37,371 nucleotides of DNA. Origin: a virus. This document shows positions 24,678-32,475 of the stretch, in pieces. The notes beneath the pieces are model-generated. The model was not told where the DNA came from, ran no database searches, and saw only the letters and a list, made by a program, of their open reading frames with translations. The stretch is from the IMG/VR virus record IMGVR_UViG_3300045988_009599; one strand, written 5' to 3'. Each line of letters starts with the position of its first letter. The first letter of the stretch is position 1. A program made the translations under genes and the position numbers.

Positions 24678-24734
24678 GTCGATTTTCTCCTTTTCTGCCC
24701 GCTCAAAGCGTGGCCGGAGATTCCGGCCACAATT

Positions 24735-24998
24735 TCAACGATCAGTTTTCTCGCGTATTTTCATTTCTGTGTATTCTGTTGGCGTTATCGGCGGAAAGCC
24801 GAACGCTGCCCTAATCTCGTTCGGGGTGTTCTTGCGCCAGACCTCCTCTTCTTGTTTGATGCTTTTCCAGACTGCGGCGTCCAGTGTCTCGAGCACTACT
24901 TCTGCCTGACGTTTCAGGCTCCGCAGTTTGAAAAACACCAGCACGCCCAGCGCGATCCACTCCAGCGCAGCAGCAAGCTCAAAAATCTCAATGATCAT
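24735..24998 (-). CDS. Small membrane protein, 87 aa
   Basis: N-terminal TM LAAALEWIALGVLVFF. Confidence 0.5.
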   Translation of the reverse strand: MIIEIFELAAALEWIALGVLVFFKLRSLKRQAEVVLETLDAAVWKSIKQEEEVWRKNTPNEIRAAFGFPPITPTEYTEMKIREKTDR

Positions 24999-25188
24999 TT
25001 TCTTCTCCTTCCACTCCTTCCAATTCTCCTTCGCAGTATGTGCAGCGGCTCGGCAGGCTCTTTTTCAAACCGCCTTTTTCCCAGAGCTCGAAGCACGGTT
25101 TCTCCGGTCTGCCGCAGTATGGGCAGCGGTAGACACGGAAGATATCATCCCAGCGCCAGACCATGCGGACTGCGTTTTTCTTCTTCAA
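24988..25188 (-). CDS. Small zinc-ribbon protein, 66 aa
   Basis: CPYC ... CTYC pairs. Confidence 0.5.
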   Translation of the reverse strand: MKKKNAVRMVWRWDDIFRVYRCPYCGRPEKPCFELWEKGGLKKSLPSRCTYCEGELEGVEGEENDH

Positions 25189-25540
25189 GCCCCATCGCCT
25201 CCCTCATTGCTTCAATCAGCCTCTTTTCTAGTTTGTCCTGATTGATCTTCACTTCCATCGTTACGCCCTCCTGCTCTACCCACACGCCGTCCGTGCGCTT
25301 TGTAAATCCTGCTGGTGCAAAATTTCTGGCGTGTTCCAGCTCCGGCGTATGCCTGCACGTTGGATAGCTGCATTTCTCGCACGCCTTTCTGTCGCAAAGA
25401 AATAGGATATTCCGCTCTTTCGCTCGCGATACGCTGTTCGGCAGAAGAACGACTGGCTGCCCGATCTCCGCCGCAAGCTGCTCCTGAAGCTTTTCCCGAT
25501 CGCCGTCGCGCATTGAGGCTGTGCATTCCAGCAAAATCAT
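25145..25540 (-). CDS. Hypothetical early protein, 131 aa
   Basis: ORF-track ORF in the early operon frame series. Cys cluster CDRKACEKCSYPTC. Confidence 0.5.
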   Translation of the reverse strand: MILLECTASMRDGDREKLQEQLAAEIGQPVVLLPNSVSRAKERNILFLCDRKACEKCSYPTCRHTPELEHARNFAPAGFTKRTDGVWVEQEGVTMEVKINQDKLEKRLIEAMREAMGLEEEKRSPHGLALG

Positions 25541-25887
25541 TCCTGCTCCGCCTCCATTTCCTTTCGCTCCTGCATAAAGCCGTGCAGGAACAGCTCCAGC
25601 AGAGCAGCGGCGCGGTTGGTCAGATTTGTGAAATCCTTTTTGCTGATCTGCAGTTTGCCGGTCGTAACAACCTCAGTCTCCGGTCGACCAATAATCTGAA
25701 TTGTCGGATTAGGCACCAGCGTCTTTGCACCGTCCGCCCCCACTTCGAAGAGCGGCGGCGTGGACTGCTCCATGACGATGCGCGGCGGGTATTGCTCGCC
25801 GCGGAAGCTGGTATCCCATTGCTGTTTTTCGTAGTATGCGACAAAATTGTCTAGGTCGTGCGCAAACGCGCCCATGATTTCTGCCAT
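25537..25887 (-). CDS. Hypothetical early protein, 116 aa
   Basis: Internal ATG (MAEIMGAFAHDLDNF...). Confidence 0.5.
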   Translation of the reverse strand: MAEIMGAFAHDLDNFVAYYEKQQWDTSFRGEQYPPRIVMEQSTPPLFEVGADGAKTLVPNPTIQIIGRPETEVVTTGKLQISKKDFTNLTNRAAALLELFLHGFMQERKEMEAEQE

Positions 25888-25900
25888 TTTGATGCTCCTT

Positions 25901-26290
25901 TCAGATTTCCACGCACTCATTGGCGCGGATATTGATCCGTTTTCCACCGGACTGGATCACATATCCTGCGTTTTTGAGTTTGTTCGGGCCGTACTTTTCT
26001 GCGGCATGCTCCGATCCGACGGTCGGCTGGTATTCCGGGTCGACCGGCACTTTGCATATGATGCGGATGCGCACCATCGTGTGCGGCAGGCGGCGCGGCT
26101 CCTCCGGCTTCTGTGGCTCCGGCGTCGTGTTCATCGCAGCCATTCTGGCGCGCCGCTCTATGTGCTGCGCGATCGACGCGCAGGAGCGGCTGCAATAATA
26201 CCTCCCGCTCTTATTCTCGTTTGCCTTTCCGAGCGTCCGCAGAAACTTCTTCCCGCACAGCTCGCATTTCAGTTCCACGTATTGTTCCAT
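25901..26290 (-). CDS. Hypothetical early protein with N-terminal CxxC...CxxxC, 129 aa
   Basis: MEQYVELKCELCGKKF...YYCSRSC. AAAGG-type RBS. Confidence 0.55.
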   Translation of the reverse strand: MEQYVELKCELCGKKFLRTLGKANENKSGRYYCSRSCASIAQHIERRARMAAMNTTPEPQKPEEPRRLPHTMVRIRIICKVPVDPEYQPTVGSEHAAEKYGPNKLKNAGYVIQSGGKRINIRANECVEI

Positions 26291-26727
26291 GGCTTTCTGT
26301 CCTTTCTTTGGTCAGGGGCCGGTATCCCGGCCCCCGGCAGTGGACGGCCTCGCACCGCCTGCGCCCGCGCTGCCCCAAGTCCGATCCTGCGCGGGCGAGC
26401 CGCCCTTGTCTGCGTCGGGCTGCTTTTGAGGGAGGTTCACCATGCCCCCGGGTGCGTAAAGCCCGGGAGTGGGGTAACGTTTTCCGGCACGTTCCACACC
26501 GTTTTATCCCCGCCCGCAGGCTTGAGGGGTCCTGCGGGCGGGAATCCCCAGCCGATTCCGAGCCCAGCATCGCGGGTCGGAATCGGAAAGGAAGAAGGAG
26601 CCTGCGGATATGGAGCTTTCGGCTTTCGCCGGAAGCGGAATGGAACAGGCTTCTTCTGACGCAAAGCCGGGGTGATCCTTCCGCCGGTGTCTCATGGCAA
26701 AGCGTCGGCGGCATAAGCCCACAAAAA
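26291..26727 (-). other. 437-nt GC-rich, hairpin-dense non-coding tract (candidate structured RNA or replication origin)
   Basis: No credible ORF here; all candidates are R/P/G-rich. Perfect stems: 26315-26334 (8 bp), 26362-26397 (9 bp), 26509-26542 (12 bp), 26552-26586 (10 bp), plus CCCGGG pairs at 26447-26467. Confidence 0.5.
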
Positions 26728-26952
26728 TTATGTATCCCCGGCTGATTGCTGTGGTTTCTGGCAGCCCGGCTGCACACCTACGTGCTTGCCATACTTGCCA
26801 TCCTCTCCCTGCTCAAGCGGCAGGGTCTTTCTTCGGGCCTGCTCAGCCGCGTTCCAGCCGCAGCCCTCGCAAAATTCACTGCCCAGTGCTGCCATCATGC
26901 AGGATCTGGCGCTCTTTGGCAGCATGCACTGCTCGTTTTTTTCGTCGTCCAT
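26728..26952 (-). CDS. Small Cys-rich protein, 74 aa
   Basis: ATG lies 7 nt after GGAGG and 2 nt after the upstream gene's stop. C-x..C...C-x2-C pattern. Confidence 0.55.
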   Translation of the reverse strand: MDDEKNEQCMLPKSARSCMMAALGSEFCEGCGWNAAEQARRKTLPLEQGEDGKYGKHVGVQPGCQKPQQSAGDT

Positions 26953-26954
26953 GC

Positions 26955-27389
26955 TCAAACCTCCTGTATATCGATCCCGTATTTGGATCGCATGAATTTT
27001 TTGTTGCGCAGATACTCCTTCGTCCGCGTCGCCATGGACTTGACGTCCTCGACGACCAGCTTGCCGCCGAAGCGGTACGAAAAGTCCGCCGTGTACCGGA
27101 TCGCGCGGATTCGCTCTCCGGTCTCTGTCACATAAGATTCCTGCAGCGTGAATTGCGGCTGCAGCCGCAGCTCCGTGATGATCCCGGCCCGCAGCATGGT
27201 CATCAGCTCATCATACCTGCGTGCCTCCTTCTGGCTGTCGAACCGAACCCCGGCCCGCTCGGCTGGCGTACTGTGATACTTCGTGCCCTTCTTCGGCCCC
27301 GCGTCAGCCCCCGGCATCTGCTGCCGTGCATAAAGCTCCCGCATCCTCAACGGCATGTCCGCCATGGATTCAAACCGCAGTCCGCTCAT
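26955..27389 (-). CDS. DUF1064-like endonuclease (phage resolvase-like)
   Basis: 144 aa. ...GVRFDSQKEARRYDEL...IRYTADFSY...VVEDVKS..T... matches the DUF1064 pattern as I remember it. Confidence 0.75.
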   Translation of the reverse strand: MSGLRFESMADMPLRMRELYARQQMPGADAGPKKGTKYHSTPAERAGVRFDSQKEARRYDELMTMLRAGIITELRLQPQFTLQESYVTETGERIRAIRYTADFSYRFGGKLVVEDVKSMATRTKEYLRNKKFMRSKYGIDIQEV

Positions 27390-27676
27390 TCAGTCGCGCC
27401 TCCCGTATTTGTCTGATATTCGCCGCAGCTGCAAAAATCGTATGGATATGCCGATGGCAAAATCCCATGGTGGCGCGGATGTCCACAGTTGCCCGCTTCA
27501 GTCCGATGCTTGCAGTCCTTGCACCGCACCACCTCCGCAACGTCGGCGGTGGGCTGGCGCAGCAGGAGCGTTTTCACCCGCTGAGGTGTCCAGTTCTGGT
27601 TGGCTTTGTTGCATTCCTCAAAGTCTTTCAGCGTATCAGTTCTGCTGATAAATTCTTCAGTCGCAACGTTTTCCAT
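27386..27676 (-). CDS. Hypothetical early protein with Cys/His cluster, 96 aa
   Basis: Internal ATG (MENVATEEF...). VVRCKDCKHRTEAGNCGHPRHH. Confidence 0.5.
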   Translation of the reverse strand: MENVATEEFISRTDTLKDFEECNKANQNWTPQRVKTLLLRQPTADVAEVVRCKDCKHRTEAGNCGHPRHHGILPSAYPYDFCSCGEYQTNTGGATE

Positions 27677-27923
27677 CGTCAAACTCCCTCCAAGTGTGAT
27701 ACAGTGCCCATGCCAGCGGGTCACGGACGAACGGCAGCTTTTTCGCTTCCGCGTATTTCTTATCGAGGATGCTCATAGCCTTTTTCCACGCGCGATCTCC
27801 GACGTGCAGTTCTGCCGGGAAGCAGACTTTCTCCAGTCTGTTGATTTTTGCGGCGGTCAGTATCGATCTGCCGTTCTCATCAAGAAGGTCGAGCAGGTCC
27901 TGATCTTTTATGTAATACACCAT
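27657..27923 (-). CDS. Hypothetical early protein, 88 aa
   Basis: ORF-track ORF in the operon series. Confidence 0.5.
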   Translation of the reverse strand: MVYYIKDQDLLDLLDENGRSILTAAKINRLEKVCFPAELHVGDRAWKKAMSILDKKYAEAKKLPFVRDPLAWALYHTWREFDDGKRCD

Positions 27924-27924
27924 T

Positions 27925-28374
27925 TCAAAGTTCCCCCTCTGGCACGCCGAACATCTCTATGATTTTTTTCATGACCTCACCGATTTTTCGCTCATAATCT
28001 CCGTAGGCTTCGCCTTCCACTTCCAAATAAATTGCAACCGCCATAACGTGCAGAGGAATTATAGGGTCTGTTTCTGCAGCATAAAGAACATCACCTACTT
28101 TGCACGGCAGCACCACCACGCGCCCTTCCTTGTCGGCCTCGGCAAGCTCACGAAGTCGTTCGTAGCTGCCAATGCTGTTGAGCACAGAAAGCATCGCTTG
28201 CCACTCGCCCCATAGACTGTGGATCTCAGTAGGAGCGAGTTTTGTGTCCAAGTAATCCTCCAGCAACGGACAGTGTGCTGCGGGAACGGCTGTGCAGAAC
28301 CCACCAGTTGCCGTGCAATTTCCGTTGTCTAGGTGTCTGAATCTACATCTCAGGCAGTTTACGTTTCCCATCAC
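27925..28374 (-). CDS. Hypothetical early protein, 149 aa (paralogous core with 28343-28900)
   Basis: Shares RLRELAEADKEGRVVVLPCKVGD with its neighbour. N-terminal Cys cluster. Confidence 0.55.
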   Translation of the reverse strand: MMGNVNCLRCRFRHLDNGNCTATGGFCTAVPAAHCPLLEDYLDTKLAPTEIHSLWGEWQAMLSVLNSIGSYERLRELAEADKEGRVVVLPCKVGDVLYAAETDPIIPLHVMAVAIYLEVEGEAYGDYERKIGEVMKKIIEMFGVPEGEL

Positions 28375-28900
28375 TTACCTCCAACGCCCGCTCGGCTTCC
28401 TCGCGGGTCAAAAATACGGTTTTGCCGATGTCTGCGCCATCATTACGCAGACGATACGTGCAGAACCCGTCCGGCTTGCGATTGCACGTTGACATACACA
28501 GATTATCCTCATCCGTGCAAACAGTTCTGATGTCCGGGGCTTCAAGCTCCATTTCTCGCGGCACATTGTCACGGCCAGTCACCCATAGCGTATCGCCCAC
28601 CTTGCACGGCAGCACCACCAGCCGCCCGTCCTTGTCGGCCTCGGCAAGCTCGCGGAGGCGGTCAAACCCGCCGCACAGCTCGGCAATGTCCTCGTAGGCT
28701 TTCAGCCGTCCGTACAGATCGCGGGCCATCTTGCGGAAAATATCCTTGCCAAAGCCGTTGCTCGTTGGGCCGTTGATCAGCACGTTGAGCGTGCTGTCCC
28801 GGCTCTGCTTCCAGTCGATTTCCTTGCCGCCGATCGCGGCGTGTAGAAATTGGTCGGTGCCCGGGTCGACGTTGATATTAGGACTTGTCAGTCGTTCCAT
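28343..28900 (-). CDS. Hypothetical early protein, 185 aa
   Basis: Contains RLRELAEADKDGRLVVLPCKVGD and a C-terminal IGKTVFLTREEAERAL motif. Confidence 0.55.
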   Translation of the reverse strand: MERLTSPNINVDPGTDQFLHAAIGGKEIDWKQSRDSTLNVLINGPTSNGFGKDIFRKMARDLYGRLKAYEDIAELCGGFDRLRELAEADKDGRLVVLPCKVGDTLWVTGRDNVPREMELEAPDIRTVCTDEDNLCMSTCNRKPDGFCTYRLRNDGADIGKTVFLTREEAERALEVSDGKRKLPEM

Positions 28901-29175
28901 TTCAAAACCCCTTTCTCAACATATCTGCAATACGCAATTTCCAACTTTGCACCCTTGCTTTCCTTCGCATCCGGCAGCGCGAACAAAATATCCGCCGCAT
29001 CGATCATCCCGAAGCACAGCCGCATGTAGTCCTTCGGTGTCAGCCCTTCCGGAAGTTCCGCCGGATTCAAGATCACCGCGAGAGGATACAGCTCCTGTAT
29101 GTGCTTTGCCGCCATGCGGAATTTCATCTTGTAATTCGGGTCTCCGGTGATTTTACCGGCTATGTAAATCTTCAC
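28888..29175 (-). CDS. DUF4406 / nucleoside 2-deoxyribosyltransferase-like protein
   Basis: 95 aa. MKIYIAGKITGDPNY...VILNP. Confidence 0.6.
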   Translation of the reverse strand: MKIYIAGKITGDPNYKMKFRMAAKHIQELYPLAVILNPAELPEGLTPKDYMRLCFGMIDAADILFALPDAKESKGAKLEIAYCRYVEKGVLKWND

Positions 29176-29657
29176 AGCTCTGCCTCCACATACCGCCAGC
29201 TCTGGGGTGGGCGTGTGATTGGCTTGGGTTTTGCCTTGAGCGCTACCTCTACCTCATTTGGCACAGCGTAAAATTCCCGCAATTCGCGCGGCGTATCGTA
29301 AATCTTGAGGTTGGATATGTGCCATCCGTAGCCGACGCCGCCGTCCAGATACTTCTCCAGCTCGTCTTTTGTCAGGCAGGCATCTGCAAGAATCGTATCA
29401 AGTGGTGTGCAGTCCATGTTCCAATCGCAGATGCAATATTTCGGCGGTTCACAGATTGCTCCTACTCTGACGATCCTTGCAAAAATGTCGTCGCATACAA
29501 ACTCGCCGATGACGCCGCCCTGAACCGAACGGTAAATGTAGCACTTAAACGGTGGGTTCATCTTCGGGCGCGTCTTGCGCACCTCGATCGTTTTCTCACC
29601 GCTTATGATCTTCTCGCACCACTCCGGGCGAATGCTGATAAGTACGGCTTTACTCAT
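29172..29657 (-). CDS. ASCH (PUA-like) domain protein
   Basis: 161 aa. LISIRPEWCEKIISGEKTIEVRK. Confidence 0.6.
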   Translation of the reverse strand: MSKAVLISIRPEWCEKIISGEKTIEVRKTRPKMNPPFKCYIYRSVQGGVIGEFVCDDIFARIVRVGAICEPPKYCICDWNMDCTPLDTILADACLTKDELEKYLDGGVGYGWHISNLKIYDTPRELREFYAVPNEVEVALKAKPKPITRPPQSWRYVEAEL

Positions 29658-30070
29658 TCCGTTTCACCCCCCATCAGATTGTCGTATACATTGCCAACTA
29701 CAAGCGGGCCTCTGCGTGGATCGCACATCCAATATCCGCTCGACGGGTTATATTTCACTAATTCCGGCTTGTTTGAGAGCCGCCGCGGATTTGTCGAAAT
29801 CACGAGGTCACCCTCGAAAATCTTCTTACCATTCGTGTCCTTTAGCCCGGTGTATTGTCCGACAGTCACAGGGTCTACATCCACTCTCAAATGCTGGTTC
29901 GGAAGTCCCCAGTCGGTCATCCGGTCAAAAACGATGTAATGTTTGGTGTTGTCCGGGTGTGCGGCATAGTCCTCTTGGAAGCAATAGGCCGTATCCGAAA
30001 GAGCCATGTAGTACCCCTCGTACCATGTTCCACTCTCGGGGTCTTTCCCACGAAATAATATCTCACGCAT
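29654..30070 (-). CDS. YopX family protein
   Basis: 138 aa. MREILFRGK...W.EGYY...VTVGQYTGLKDTNGKKIFEGDLV. Confidence 0.8.
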   Translation of the reverse strand: MREILFRGKDPESGTWYEGYYMALSDTAYCFQEDYAAHPDNTKHYIVFDRMTDWGLPNQHLRVDVDPVTVGQYTGLKDTNGKKIFEGDLVISTNPRRLSNKPELVKYNPSSGYWMCDPRRGPLVVGNVYDNLMGGETE

Positions 30071-30254
30071 TCCGCTTGCCCTCCATCGCCCGCTCGGTCT
30101 CCTCGCGGGTCAGGAATACGGTCTTGCCGATTTCATTAGCGTTTATGCCATGCCGATCTTGGGTTTCTCCGACCTTGCAGTTTTCGCACGCGTCGTCGTG
30201 CCCAAGCCCCTTCGCGCAGCACCGCAGTGCCTTCACGATTTCATCACTTGTCAT
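30063..30254 (-). CDS. Small Cys-containing protein with GKTVFLTREE motif, 63 aa
   Basis: The C-terminal EIGKTVFLTREETERAM is shared with 28343-28900. Confidence 0.5.
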   Translation of the reverse strand: MTSDEIVKALRCCAKGLGHDDACENCKVGETQDRHGINANEIGKTVFLTREETERAMEGKRNA

Positions 30255-31123
30255 GTTTCATCCTCCATCCCTTCAAATACCATCTGCCCAGGCAGAACGC
30301 CGTCTTCGAGCCACCAGTGCATCACGTCCTCGCCGGTCTGCCACTCACACGGAAGATCTCGCTTGCGCCGTTCGTCCAGCATCCTGCCGAACGCTCGGAT
30401 ATACGCGGCCTTGATCTTTGGATAGCGTGCAAACTCCACCTTCCGGTGCTTGCCTGCCATTGGGCACCCAATGCACCCCACGCGCTTCCATCCGCATTCA
30501 TACAGCGGATTCATGCAGATCTTTTCGGCAGATGCGTAGTCCAACACATCAGATTCCGTCCAGTCGATGATTGGATTGATCGTCCGCGTCCCCTTGAGCT
30601 GGCAGTTTTCCATCAGCATGCGGCTTTCGTCATTGTCGTTCATCAGCGTCAGCCGCTTGTCCTTGCTCTTATGCAGTGCTTCCATAACGCCGCGAGATTT
30701 CCGCTTTTGTGATTCCGCCCAGCGAACGCCAGTTGCAATCCATCTTCCTTTCCCACCGCCTTCTTTGAGTTCTGCGCAGCAGTAGCGCACCAGGCGTGTC
30801 GGCGGCATCAGCTTGCGCGGGATCAGGTTCCACATCGTCACGTTCCCGCCGTCCGGCGTCCGGTGCGTATCGATGTCGCATTTTACGCCAGCCAGCTCCA
30901 AGCGGCGGAAGGTATCCCGCACATGCCAGACAGTCTCCGGCGCGTCCGCCGTGGTCAGCGAATGCAAAACCTCATACTGGATACCGGCTTTGCCCGCCAG
31001 ATGCAAAAGCACGTCCGAGTCCTTGCCGCCCGAGTATGTAATCACAATCGGCTGCTTGTACAGGCGCAGGCTCATATCCGAGGCCATCCGCAGCCGCTCA
31101 ATCGCGGTTTGTTCTAAGTCCAT
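30251..31123 (-). CDS. PAPS-reductase-family (PP-loop ATP pyrophosphatase, DndC-like) protein
   Basis: 290 aa. PP-loop YSGGKDSDV. Cys pairs RYCCAELK and GCIGCP suggest an Fe-S site. Confidence 0.8.
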   Translation of the reverse strand: MDLEQTAIERLRMASDMSLRLYKQPIVITYSGGKDSDVLLHLAGKAGIQYEVLHSLTTADAPETVWHVRDTFRRLELAGVKCDIDTHRTPDGGNVTMWNLIPRKLMPPTRLVRYCCAELKEGGGKGRWIATGVRWAESQKRKSRGVMEALHKSKDKRLTLMNDNDESRMLMENCQLKGTRTINPIIDWTESDVLDYASAEKICMNPLYECGWKRVGCIGCPMAGKHRKVEFARYPKIKAAYIRAFGRMLDERRKRDLPCEWQTGEDVMHWWLEDGVLPGQMVFEGMEDET

Positions 31124-31289
31124 TGCCGTCCTCCCTCCCCGGCGTAAGCTTGGCTAGCATGATCTGCCCCAGATCCGCAACGTACACCAGCCGCCCGCGG
31201 CTGTAGACCATCAGCTTGTCGCCCTGGATCTCCATTCGGTCGGCCTCGATGTTCGTGATATCCTGGCAGGCGTCACACACAAACCTCAT
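31098..31289 (-). CDS. Hypothetical small protein, 63 aa
   Basis: ORF-track ORF in the operon series. Confidence 0.45.
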   Translation of the reverse strand: MRFVCDACQDITNIEADRMEIQGDKLMVYSRGRLVYVADLGQIMLAKLTPGREDGNGLRTNRD

Positions 31290-31549
31290 GCCAGCGCCCC
31301 CGGCCGGGTGTCCGGCGTGTAGTGGAGCTTGGTTGCGCGGGCGTTCTGGTGGTACTCCGGGCGGGTGAATTTATAGCCCCAGTGCTTGGCGGCGGTGAAA
31401 AGGGCCGCATAGCCGTCCTCGGCGCGGACGGTTACTTCCTGGTCTCCATATGTAACGTAAAAGTGGTTCTGGCCGGTGTATCCGGCCTGGGCGATCACGG
31501 CGGGGCGCCGCGACGCCCGCTCGCCGGGGTAATCGATGCTATTTCGCAA
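31286..31549 (-). CDS. Hypothetical small protein, 87 aa
   Basis: ORF-track ORF with a 4-nt overlap onto the downstream gene. Confidence 0.5.
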   Translation of the reverse strand: MRNSIDYPGERASRRPAVIAQAGYTGQNHFYVTYGDQEVTVRAEDGYAALFTAAKHWGYKFTRPEYHQNARATKLHYTPDTRPGALA

Positions 31550-31748
31550 TGTGTTTGCGCCTCCTTATCTGGTTGTCGGCATGGACCATCTGCTTTCCCG
31601 CTGCAAGATCGGGCTGCAGGCTGTCCCTGTCTCTGTGGTTTACATCGTAGATGTGGTTCCGAATGCTCTCGTAGAGCGTCCAGGTGCAGCACCCGGCGCG
31701 GCATGTGCCGCTGCGGTCCGGGCAGTCCCGGCCGCATGCGCGGCGCAA
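31539..31748 (-). CDS. Hypothetical Cys/Arg-rich small protein, 69 aa
   Basis: The only plausible frame in this interval. The RBS is weak. Confidence 0.35.
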   Translation of the reverse strand: MRRACGRDCPDRSGTCRAGCCTWTLYESIRNHIYDVNHRDRDSLQPDLAAGKQMVHADNQIRRRKHIAK

Positions 31749-31754
31749 AGTAAT

Positions 31755-31985
31755 TCACTCCGCTTCCTCCTGTACGTGCTGCAGCCATGCCGCGAGCGTT
31801 TGCAGCGCCGTCTCGCGCTGCAGCAGGTCTTCGACCGTGTCCCGGTCGACGCGCGGCATGCTCTGCAGGATCTCCCTGTCGTTGGCGCAGTCATCGGCAA
31901 AGGCGAGGACGGCGTCGATGATGTCGGCCAGCTGATCCGGCCGGAGCTCGACCGGGATCTTCGGCTCGTCCTTCACCGGCTTCAC
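31755..31985 (-). CDS. Hypothetical acidic small protein, 76 aa
   Basis: GTG start overlaps the upstream stop (cTGTGAag). VKPVKDEPKIPVELRPDQLADIIDAVLAF... Confidence 0.45.
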   Translation of the reverse strand: MKPVKDEPKIPVELRPDQLADIIDAVLAFADDCANDREILQSMPRVDRDTVEDLLQRETALQTLAAWLQHVQEEAE

Positions 31986-32227
31986 AGGATCCCGTAGGTC
32001 GTCAGGCCCAGCGCGATCGCGCCGGTCACGACGCAGGCGTCCTTCATTTCCGCATATCCGGCGATCACGGCAAACACAAAGGCCGCGCCGCCCAGCCACA
32101 CGCAGCAGGTCTTCGCCACCCGCCGCATGGCCTCCCGGTACCGCAGCTCCTCCAGCAGCCGCTCCTGCCGCTCTCTCGTCTCTTCCTCCGGCTCAAGCCC
32201 GAGCCGCTCCGCAAGGTTGGTTCTCAT
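31982..32227 (-). CDS. Small membrane protein, 81 aa
   Basis: Two hydrophobic helices (CCVWLGGAAFVFAVIAGY ; VVTGAIALGLTTYGIL). Confidence 0.55.
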   Translation of the reverse strand: MRTNLAERLGLEPEEETRERQERLLEELRYREAMRRVAKTCCVWLGGAAFVFAVIAGYAEMKDACVVTGAIALGLTTYGIL

Positions 32228-32475
32228 TCTGCGTCCTCCTTCGTATCTGGCAGACGTTCTGCCGATTCTACCAGCTCAAAAAGCCTCCTGTATATCTCCA
32301 GCCTTTCCCGGTCGCGCTTTGCGAGGTTCGCGGCACGCTCGGCAAGCTCCTCATACACCTCGTGCGCGGCCATGGCCTCATGCTCATTGGCTGCATTGTT
32401 GGTTGTGATCACAAGCAGCTCCAGCGTGTGCTTCAGCTCAAACCAGTCGTCCCCGCTGAGAATCAGATTCCGCAT
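32224..32475 (-). CDS. Hypothetical small protein, 83 aa (tandem paralog A)
   Basis: Internal ATG (MRNLILSGDDWFELKHTLELL...). Ends ...SAERLPDTKEDAE. Confidence 0.55.
   Translation of the reverse strand: MRNLILSGDDWFELKHTLELLVITTNNAANEHEAMAAHEVYEELAERAANLAKRDRERLEIYRRLFELVESAERLPDTKEDAE

Noticed and set aside
26211-26777. Minus- and plus-strand ORFs of 61-270 aa within the hairpin-rich tract (26211-26777, 26312-26497, 26437-26664, 26504-26722, 25847-26659, 26113-26745).
   Set aside because: All are R/P/G/A-rich, mutually overlapping and without an RBS. The interval is better explained as non-coding structured DNA or RNA.
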